DNA from: Eledone cirrhosa | Lineage: Eukaryota | Direction: 5' to 3' | Length of the DNA stretch: 64,000 bases | Assembly (NCBI GenBank): GCA_964016885.1 | Contig: OZ024741.1 | Coordinates: 358,174,001-358,238,000 of the forward strand | Shown here: one piece after another, positions 53,700-64,000 of the stretch | How the letters are laid out: each line of letters opens with the position of its first letter | Numbering within the stretch: position 1 is the stretch's first letter | Translations under genes and position numbers: made by a program | Notes under the pieces: generated by a model | Seen by the model: only the letters and a program-made list of their open reading frames with translations | What the model was told of the DNA's origin: nothing | Databases searched by the model: none

Positions 53700-56345
53700 C
53701 AAATTCAGCGAATTTGACATTAAAGGGATGTTCGTCTTCTATCTTCTCAGTCCTCCCTTGCTCCGTGCAACTCTGATTCTCTTGACCGACTGAAAGAGAA
53801 GCACCCATCGGCACCTCCAGATTATCAGCTACACTGGCCCGAACCACCAGAATACTCGAGACCGGTTTACACCACTGATATCATCAGAAAGGCGATATCA
53901 TCCTTCCCCGCTGGGTCAGGCGCGGAAATTGACGGCCTTCGTCCTCAACACCTCAAGGATGGTATCTCCTTATCGGCCAGTGACGCCGGACTTGAGCTCT
54001 TGGAGAGTCTCACTCAGTTTGTGAATCAGTTCTCTTCAGTGAACGTTCTCCCGTTCATCCGCCCACTGTTCTTCGGTGCGAAGCTATTTAGTCTCACCAA
54101 GCCCGACGGAGACCTGCGCCCCATTGCGGTTGCTGCACCCTTCGCCACCTCTCTGCAAAGGCGTGTTTGCTGTTGGTCTCCGATTCACTGGCGGAGGAAT
54201 TCTCCCCCATCCAGCTGGGGGTGGGTACCAAGTTGGGATGTGAGGCTGCTGTTCCACGCTACCAGAGCATTTACCAACTTGCCCTCCTCGTCCCCTAAGG
54301 TCATCCTCAAACTTGACCTCAGGAACGCCTTTAACTCCGTCTGCCGCGACGTCGTCCTCGGCTAAGTAAGAGAGAGGGTCCCACAACTCTACCACTTTGC
54401 TTGGCAGGCTTATCGAGAGCCCTCCTACCACTCTTTCGGTAACCAAATGATCACCTCTGCCTCAGGAGTCCAACAGCGTGACTCACTCGAGCCCGCTTTT
54501 GCACTGGGCATTGATGACGTAACCAAGACAGGGGTTGAGTTGGACCTCAATGTCTGGTACCTCGATGACGCCTGTTTGGGGGGAACTCCGGATATGGTTC
54601 TCGCCACTGCCAACAAGATGGTTGAGGAGCTTGGCCGCCGGGGTCTCCAGGTCAATAGCTCCAAATGTGAGCTCTGGATCCTCAACCACCCGGCTTCTCA
54701 ACACCAACAGCTAATCGACCTGTTTGCAGAGTCCTTTCCTTCCATCGCGGTCCCTCCCTCGTCGGCTTAGTACTCCTTAAGAACCCCAATCACAGATCTT
54801 GCCTTCGAGTCAATCTTCCAATCGAAGATGGTTGGCCTTGAGCAGCTGCTTAAGAATATTAAGGTTATCAAACCCCATCAAGGTTTCTTCATACTCAGGA
54901 ACTACCTATCTATTCCCAAGCTTCTGTATCTTCTCAGGGTCAGCCCCTCTCACAGATTTCCGCCCTGCCTCCAACGCTTGGACGACCTAATCTTCGAGAG
55001 ACTCGAGTGCCTGGTCAATGTTAGACGCTCTCCAGAGTCCCGCGATCAGGCTGCGTTGCCCAAGCGATTTGGGGGGTTTTGGTCTTCGTAAGTGTTCGTC
55101 CCTCTCTCTCCCCTGCTTCTTTTCCTCCACCCACGCTTGCTCCACCCTGGTGAGCAGCATCCTCTCCTCTCCAACATGGACTAGTTCCAACAGGGAGTTG
55201 GGTGAAGCTCTCCAGCAATGGAGTGAGTTGGGCTTGTCTCTTCCTGAGAAGGTGGAGGACAGTCGAAGTCAGAGAACATGGGACAGTATAAGTTCGAAGG
55301 CCACATTCGATTCCCTCTTCGTCCAGTCAGATCAGTTTGCAAGATGCCGCTTACTATCTGCCAGCGCCAAATACTCAGGCGACTGGGTTGATGCCCTACC
55401 CGTGGCCAACGTCGGTGGCCTACTCAGTCTGGACGAACTTCGTATCTCCATCGCCCTCAGAGTGGGAGCTGATGTCTGCATGGGTTTAAGGTGCCGATTC
55501 TGCAAACTCCTCGACTCCACAGGCCTCCACGGTCTTTCTTGCCGCCTGAATGCCGGCCGCTTCACGCGTCACACGGAGCTAAACCTCATCCTTAAGAAAG
55601 CTTTAGACCGGGCGAACATCCCCTCAGTCTTGGAACCATCTGGGTTGTCCAGAAGTGACGGCAAAAGACCTGTCGGCCTTACTCTGTGCCCCTGGTCGAG
55701 AGGCAGGGCTTTGTCTGGGACGTCACTCGTTTGCTCTTTCCCACATCCTGGATGCTGCGGTTAGGACGAGAGCCACAGCTTCTGCAGCCGAGCGGAGTAA
55801 GACCCTCAAATACTCTGATCTATCAGCCAGCTACCTTTTTCAGCCTGTGGCTTTCGAGACGTTTGGGGGAGTCGCGCCGCTGACTGCGAGGTTCCTCTCT
55901 TCACTGGCGGCTCGCCTAATAGAGGTAACTGGCGAATCTCCCGAGGGCGCTTGGCTGTTCCAGCGCATTAGCCTCGCCATCACCCGAGGCAACGCTGCGA
56001 GTGCGCTGGCTTGCCTCAAAAGTCATTAGAGAGGTCGCCCAGTACCCCTCGCTGCTGTCTTTTGTTCTGGTGTTGGCTCGGTTGTTCACCCCTTCCTTTA
56101 CATTTCTTTACTGTTTTAAACGAGGATTTGTTTGTTGTTTTTTTTTAGTACTGTTTGGTATTCCTTCTTAAGTTTCCACACAGTTTTTTTTCCTCTCTTT
56201 TTTTATTTAAACATTGCCTTTCTCTCTTTCCTTTCCCTAAACCTTTTCCTTACTTTCGTTATTTAATTTTGTTCTCTCTTTCTTTTTCTTTTTGTTATTG
56301 CAAACATTATATAACCGAATTGAAATTTGTCGAATAAATAAAAGT
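53700..56345 (+). mobile_element. CRE-clade LINE (RT + RLE), degenerate, with T-rich 3' UTR
   Basis: DGLRPQHLKD, KPDGDLRPIAV, KLDLRNAFNSV, GVQQRD, WYLDDA, GLHGLSC..RH..LN, DGKRP, FQPVAFETFG, LFQRISLAITRGNA. Confidence 0.9.
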
Positions 56346-57378
56346 CGTATATTATAAAGAAGTTAAAAGTAAAAAGAGTTAAGAAATAGACGATTGAAAA
56401 AGAAAGAAAATGAAAATAAACACACAGTGACAGTCACAAATATGCATATATACGAGCTCTTAGATGGTTATAGACTCTCATGAGTTCTTCTGCCCTTTGA
56501 CGGGCTTTGTTTTTCATCCCACATGATATCCAAGATCACCCTCCTGATCAAGTAAGCTTGGTGGTGTTGCTGGTTTAGGCACCGACGACCCGACCATGCA
56601 ACAGCTTGTACTCGAGACAGACCTGATATATTCTAATTCTTTTAGCTTTTTATAACACTTAATTCTTTTAGTTTTTTAACTTCCAAACTTTTTTCATCTC
56701 TTAACTTTTAACTTTTCTTGTCCAACATCAGGCCTTTTCATGTGGGTTTGCCAGATGAAGGGGCGAGGGCGGGTCCTGGTGCCTTAAAACCAGTGATTGA
56801 TCAATCCAACTAACAATTGATCTGTGACCTAGTCTGCATCTGACAAGTGGCACATCGTGCACTAGTACAGGGAATGCCTCTAGGTGAAATGAGTGGGTTC
56901 TGTCATGCACAAGCATGATCCACTATAATCAAATTCACAATGCAGGTCATTAAATAGAAGGTCAAAGACAAATCCTGTGGGGATGAAGTGATGGTGAAGG
57001 TGGAGGATGCCACTGGAGGTCTCTAATCTGAACTTTGCACGTATGGTGGTAAGAGGTAGATAGCCGCTCTGTGAAACACTTGTAAGCAATTTCAGAGGGA
57101 GTCTCCTCTTCTTAACTACAAAGCAGCCCAATCTAGGATGGCACACATTAGTGGATCTCTATCAGCCAAATAAAAGCTTGAGACCAACGAACCATCCTGG
57201 AGGGAAGTCAGAGAGGTGGCAAAAAGATCCGGAACGGGATCTGCTCCTGGCCCAAACGGTATACTTTACAAGGTATGAGGTCGCTTTGTAAAGGATAGAG
57301 AGAGTGGAGAGGAAGATAAAAAAATATCTCTGACAGTAGTTGGGAATCTCTCCAAGCTTCACTAAATTTAGCCTCTCA

Positions 57379-57417
<39 letters not shown>

Positions 57418-57418
57418 G

Positions 57419-57523
<105 letters not shown>

Positions 57524-57984
57524 GTAATAATATTAGAATAATATTATTGAGCTGTTATATATTTATATTTTGTTTACAAACCAAAGAATTTAAGGCATTC
57601 ATTAAGTGACAATTGTTTCTACCCGGGTTACGCTGCCTATACACAATTATTTTATTTAATAATTCGCCATTAGTGAATATAGACCGTGCGTATCATCAGA
57701 GTTTATTTATATACCGATATAAGTTATTCAAGAGAATAATTGGAACAGATAATATACACTTACTAAAATATCACGATCAAAGGGTTTCAGTTATGAATGC
57801 AGTTAAAAAATATCGCAGTGTGAAAAAATATATTATTATTTTTGTTTTAGAGTTAGCAATTCAAAAATGGTGTCATTACGGCATTTTAGGGTCTGAGTTC
57901 AAATCCAGCCGAGGTTAGCTTTGCCTTTCATCCTTACGGCGTCGATAAAATAAAGCACCAGCAAGTAATATATATAGTGTATTT

Positions 57985-58033
<49 letters not shown>

Positions 58034-58213
58034 CAAAGAAAGTGTGGTAAGGAACCAGGTGGACCATAACGCACTAGAATACTCGATACTTAGGGTAGTA
58101 CATGTACGTCAATACTCATCTTTTCCCATCTCTTAGAGGGTTCTAACTCCATTATCAGGCTACAATTTCTTTAGTAAAAAATACGACGAAAGCTTCTCTT
58201 TTTCTACCCCCCC

Positions 58214-58259
<46 letters not shown>

Positions 58260-58746
58260 GTGTGTTGTGTGTTATGTAATTCCGTAGAAAAGGTAAAGGA
58301 AAGAAGAGTGCTCTATGTACAGTACAGAGCTTTTTAATTATATAATAAACAACACAATATGATTATTCCATTACACCTCATGTATATATATATTTTTATA
58401 TGTTATTATTTCTATGTATGTATGTATGTTTATATGTCAAAGTACGTATTTTATGTGTGTGTATATATGTGTGCATATGACTATATGATTGTGTGTGTAC
58501 ATGTGAATGTATAGTTATGTATGTCTGTTTATATATATATATAATGTATATGTGTGTATATGTATATGTGTGTGTATGTATATGTGTGTGTATGTGTGTA
58601 TGTATGTTTAATTTAATTTTTAATTTTATGAATATGTGAATGTATGTATATCTGATTCCATTTGTACATGTATTTTTTCCATTATTTTAATTCAGTCTCA
58701 CTTTCATTTTTAATAGATTTTAATTTCAAATCTTATATCCTTAACA

Positions 58747-58825
58747 TATTTCATCTAATGAGTGAACTGGACCGTTTCAGGATATTAGAATAGTCTAATT
58801 TCATGAAACGTTAGGTAATGGAATA
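58747..58825 (+). ncRNA. Hammerhead motif with mutated core (CTAATGA), probably inactive
   Basis: TATTTCAT-CTAATGA-GTGAA...TTCAT-GAAAC-GTTAG-GTA-ATGGAATA. Confidence 0.6.
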
Positions 58826-58847
58826 ATTTTATTATATAATTATATAT

Positions 58848-59012
<165 letters not shown>

Positions 59013-59154
59013 TAGCAAGTCTTTGATGTTCCCGCTTTTACTTCGGTCCAGTTTACATACGGGTCAATTTTACGACCTTTCAGACCTTTATTAGCTGGCA
59101 GGAGGTTGTATATTTTGTCGTTCCTGGGACGTTTAGCCCTAGGAAGGGAAAATG

Positions 59155-59235
59155 CTTCTCTGATGAGCTTTGGTTTTCCATCATAAATCCATCGGATTTA
59201 TGAGGTTTTACAAAGCGAAACTGATCAGTAAGGGC
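59155..59235 (+). ncRNA. Type I hammerhead ribozyme motif
   Basis: TTCT-CTGATGA-GCTTTG..CATAAATCC/GGATTTATG..CAAAGC-GAAAC-TGATCA-GTA-AGGG; palindromic ACTGATCAGT stem III. Confidence 0.8.
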
Positions 59236-59338
59236 CACTAGAAGAGGTAAATATTTATATTATATTTTTTAATGTATTTTGAAAAATTGATTGAATTTTA
59301 CTTGTTCTGCTTATCTTAATATATATATATATATATAC

Positions 59339-59397
<59 letters not shown>

Positions 59398-59682
59398 AAT
59401 ATTAATGTTTCAGTTGTTATATATATGTTCTATCTACTATATTTATTATTAAATAATCAATAATATTTAATTACATGAGATAAGTGTATATTAGTATTAA
59501 TATAATTAAATAAATATTAAAAATATATATAAAAATCATGTTTATAATGTATATCAACGGTCAAAGGGAAGTAACGAGTCTGTTAGAATTAGAATTACAA
59601 AACATATAAATAATATTGCTGGGTGCAAATACTTGAATTACTTTATATTAAATATTTATATATATTTAAGTGGTTTTATATT

Positions 59683-60408
59683 TGGATTGGCAGTATCTGT
59701 AGAGGGTCGGACACCAAGCTTTGCAGCATAGAGTTACGTCCCTTTATGGTCTGAGTTCAAATCCCGCCGAGGTTAACTTTGCCTTTCATCCTTACGAGGT
59801 CGATGAAATAAACTACCAGTAATACATTGAGATAATTGCTGACCTTGCGCCCAAAATAGAAACAATTATATTTATAACCATAGGGGGCTAATTGGCAGAG
59901 TCGTTAGGACGTCTGATAGCATGAATTATGGTATTCGTTCCGGCTCTTTGCTCTCTGAGTTCAAATCCTGCCAAGGTCAACTTTGCCTTTCATCCTTTCG
60001 AGGTCGATAAAAAAAGTACCAGCCTAGTACCGGGGTTGATTCTTCCTCTATATCTCTTATTCATTTCCTATCTCTCACCTTCTATCTTTCACTGGAAGAA
60101 ATCTGTTGTACTCAGGCCTGAAGAGGGATGGGCTCTGTCAGGCTTTAGAATGCCCAAGAAACGCCGTTTGTCAATACAGCGCCCCCACGACTGCCCCAGG
60201 AGTTACCATATATATAACTAGTATATATAAGTGTGTTATGTATTTAAGAAAATTAGACAATTATAATCATATAACTTGTTAATTCTGTATCATTATAGTT
60301 TCCCGCCGAGGTTAACTTTGCCTTTCGTCCTTACGGGGTCGATAAAATAAAGTACCAGTAATCCACTGAGTGATTGCTGGCCTTGTGCCAAAAATAGAAA
60401 CAATTATA
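59683..60408 (+). mobile_element. Cluster of S1-type SINE copies/fragments
   Basis: Copies at 59683-59870, 59885-60035 and 60301-60408. Confidence 0.8.
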
Positions 60409-60742
60409 GTTTATAGTAAATGAATGTGTGTGATTCCATCTAAATATTATTCCAATACTAAGTATTTAATATCAGGATAAACGATATCTTAATTTAATTA
60501 TATTAATATAAATTATTGCTTCTGTGTCACTATATTTCATAGTATATAGAAGCATGAGTCTATTTAAATATTTTTCAAATACTATGGACTTGTTATTAGG
60601 ATAAATAATATGGTATTTTTATGAACATATTAAAATTTATCTACCAATCATGAATTGTTATATATTCTGAAGTTATCGAAATTACAGCCTTTCTAGAATT
60701 AAGTGTCACTATCAACTTTATATTAAGTAATCATTATTATTA

Positions 60743-61305
60743 GGACGGTGGATTGGCAGTATCGGTAGAGGGTTGGACGCCATGCTTTGCAGCATAGAGT
60801 TACGGCTCTTTATGATCTGAGCTCAAATCCCGCCGAGCTTAACTTTGCCTTTCATCCTTATGGGGTCGATAAAATAAAGTACCAGTCACGCACTGGGGTC
60901 GATTTAATCGACTTTCCCCTCCCTCCAAATTACTGGCCTTGTGCCTATATAAGAAACCATTATTATTAGGGCGGTGGATTGGCAGTATCGGTAGAGCGTC
61001 GGACGCCATGCTTTGCAGCATAGAGTTACGGCTCTTTATGATCTGAGTTCAAATCCCGCCGAGGTTAACTTTGCCTTTCACCCTTACGGGGTCAATAAAA
61101 TATAGCACCAATCACATACTGGGGTCGATTTAATCGACTTTCCCCTTCACCAAATTACAAGCCTTGTGCCTATACCGGAAATCATTTCCGGTCTGAGTTC
61201 AAATCCCGCCGAGGTTAACTTTGCCTTTCACCCTTACGGCGTCGATAAAATAAAGCACTGGAATCAATTTAATCAACTTTCCCCTCCCCAAAATTGCTGC
61301 CCTTT
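60743..61305 (+). mobile_element. Head-to-tail array of three S1 SINEs
   Basis: Starts at ~60743, 60970 and 61190 (5'-truncated); ATT repeats at the first two junctions. Confidence 0.85.
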
Positions 61306-61839
61306 TGAGTTATTCAGTATATTATAATAATTAAACAAATATATTATATACTACATTTAACATTAATAAGGATTGAGTATCAGGTAAAATGTTATATGAA
61401 TTAAAGTTTATTAACCGACATTATAAGGCTTATAATATTTAAATGATTGTTCCTATGAGGGCACGTTAAAAATATTCTGACTTTTTATTTAAAATACAAA
61501 CACTGGAGTTAAGGAGGCATAGTCCACATAGATTCAAGGAGGCATAGTTTACATGTTCTATTGTTAGGTTTATATGTAGGGAATGTACCTAAAAGTTTCT
61601 ACTTTAATGTATATGGTACGTACTTATTTTTTAATGATATTAATATTGATATTATGTTATTAATACTATGTTATTAATATTATTATTTGAAAGGGTTATT
61701 TTGGTTGAGTGCATTCAATAGGTGTGTACTATTATTATTCATTTCAAAAAGCCAAATGTGCGGCTATATTAGGTGTGGTTGAGAAAGATAGCTTAATTGT
61801 GTTTTTGTTAATTAGTTTATGGTATTTATATAGCCTATG

Positions 61840-62212
61840 GTATATATATATTGCTTTGGCCCCACTCGGTCACGAATGACCATGGTTTTGCACCTAGAAA
61901 GTTTCCCTCCGAGGCACAAGCCTGGGCAAGGTTTGTTTTATGGAAGACCAGTAGTCGCCCATGCATACCAGTCTCCCCTCTCCACGCCACCGATGTTGTC
62001 CAAGGGAAAGGCAATGAACAATACAGCTTGGTACCAGTGACGTCGCAACTCATTTCTACAGCTGAGTAAACTGGAGCAACGTGAAATGAAGTGTCTTGCT
62101 CAAGGACACAAGGCATCACCCGGTCCGAGAATCGAACTCAACCTCTCAATTGCAAGCCCAATGATTTAGTCACTAAGCCCAATGCTCTAACCACTAAGCC
62201 ATGCGCCTTCAC
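61840..62212 (-). mobile_element. tRNA-derived SINE family S2, near full length
   Basis: Minus strand GGCGCATGGCTTAGTGGTTAGAGC..GAGTTCGATTC..; homologous to 32460. Confidence 0.8.
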
Positions 62213-62231
62213 GGTGTGTGTGTGTGTGTAT

Positions 62232-62402
<171 letters not shown>

Positions 62403-63214
62403 CACATATATAAATATGAGAGTATTGAAGTTTGCTTGAAGCATTGTGGAATAATAGGTAAATATCTTTAAGTCGTTTGGAAGCCTCGACAATGCAAATG
62501 GGTAAATCTCCGGGTAACAAGATCCGGTGGTGGAGAGAGAGATGTAAGTGGGTGTACGTTGAGATGCGTGGCGTGTATAAGACGTATAGAGTAATGAAGG
62601 AAAGAGTATAAAGGATAAAATAAAAATAACAGCACGAGAGAGAGTTACCTTGGGAGAGATTTAATTGTCCCTATATATTTCGGATTCACATCCATCAACT
62701 GGGTTTTTTTCCGGGGTGGGGGAAAGGTTGTCTGTTGGAAAGGTGTGAATCGCGTCCTCCGCTGTTTGTTGTTTTGAATATCTGAGGTATTCAGCAGAGC
62801 GCGCGTGCGCGTGAAATGGGGTCGGTCGGGCAGAGGTCAGCGGCCGAAATAGTTCTTTCAATTGTGGGAGTGGGGTGGCGCTAGCTGTCAGTCCATTCTC
62901 TGCCTGTTTGTTAAATGTTACTGTGTGCGTGTGTTGTTGTCTCGCTTGAGTGTGTGTATGTGCGTGTGTTGTTGCCTTGTTCCTCTGTATTGGCAGTGTA
63001 GTATGTTCGTATGGTGGAATGCTACTGTGTGTGTGTGTGTGTGTGTGTGCGTGTGCGTGTGTAGTTGTCTCGCTTGTGTGTGCGTGTGTTGCTGCATCGT
63101 TTGTTAACTTAAACCAACCACCTCATTTCGCTTCTCTCGGATCGATTGTTTATTTGCGGTTCCAGGCGTTTGATAAAAAGTGCTTCCTTGATACGTAACG
63201 TGCCGACGTTTCTT

Positions 63215-64000
63215 TCAGTCGCTAGAATTGGGACAATGGGTCTTCCGTCTTTGTTTCCGCATTTGTCTATGTTTCCGGAAAGACGAGGCCCTGGTTTTAG
63301 TGTGTTCCTTGATCCGGATGTGCAAAGGTCGGATTGTACTACCTATATAGTATTGGTTGCACCTGTCACATTCTATCTTATACACGACGTATGTGCGTAG
63401 GCAACAGTTCGCATGGCGTATCGGGCAGTCTCTGAGGGAGCACGCGTCAGTTGATTTCCCGGGTTTCCTGGAGAGGCATCTTCGCAGGGAGGGGCCCGAG
63501 TGGGCCAGGTGGATGTCGAGGCCCTCCCTCCGTATAGCCTTGCGGATAGCGTTGGTGGTATTCTCGCCCAGGTGTGGTATTTTAAGGAAGCACTTGCCTT
63601 GGGTGCCTCTCTGTCTCTTGTGTCTGGTGTCTCCTACTCTGTCTGTGAGCGAGGTAGGGTACCCGTTCGTCTCCAACACCTCGAGGAATCGCTTGGTATG
63701 AGTGACACCACTCGCGGGATCGCTGCATCTGTTTTTGATTCGCGCGATCTCGTTCGTGATGTATCCTCTTTTGGCACTGTTAGAGAGGGCGGACTTGTAG
63801 TGAACGAACAGGTCCCTGCAGGTTGCCTTTCGGTAGAAGTTGCAGTGGATCCTTCCCTGTTCCGTGATGTTGATTCGGAAGTCGAGGAGGGCAAGTGACC
63901 CGTCTTCGTTGGGGTGTTCAACACTGAAGTCAATGTTCTCGTCCGTGTTGTTGAACGTCTCATAGATTCTGTTCGCCGTGTCTTGGGAAGATGTGAGGAT
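63215..64000 (-). mobile_element. Penelope-like element (RT end + GIY-YIG), runs off window
   Basis: SLALLDF, FYRK, LETNGYP, KIPHLG, CLRTYVVYKIECDRCNQYYIGSTIRPLHIRIKEH. Confidence 0.88.

Noticed and set aside
56700-57345. Possible retroelement N-terminal coding remnant
   Set aside because: No diagnostic motif recognised; left unannotated.
60105-60180. Hammerhead candidate CTGAAGA..GAAACGCCGTT
   Set aside because: Stems I and II are offset and weak; possibly a decayed copy but not supportable.

Overview
Repeat-saturated animal genomic DNA. It is AT-rich with long (TA)n/(CA)n/(GA)n/(TTC)n tracts, and the SINE and repeat content suggests a cephalopod such as Octopus (inference). No intact host protein-coding gene is recognisable. 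The window is a nest of decayed retroelements: an R4/Dong-type RT+RLE LINE, RTE and Rex3/Expander LINEs, five CRE-clade LINE pieces, a HERO-like fragment, a two-LTR Gypsy provirus, four Penelope-like (GIY-YIG) fragments, many tRNA-derived SINEs, non-autonomous Helitron-like pieces and MITEs. The main signal invisible in the ORF track is RNA-level. About 20 type I hammerhead ribozyme motifs from several families are readable by eye, mostly in Penelope pseudo-LTR or retrozyme-like repeats that end at (TA)n tracts. They include a ~429-nt terminally redundant retrozyme-like unit and a repeated CAGAAGA core variant. Many of these repeats form fold-back inverted duplications bounded by (TA)n, some with breakpoints at the ribozyme core or predicted cleavage site. 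A candidate CCAAT + E2F/CHR-like promoter with a splice donor lies near 34.6 kb. All calls are by-eye and coordinates are approximate.
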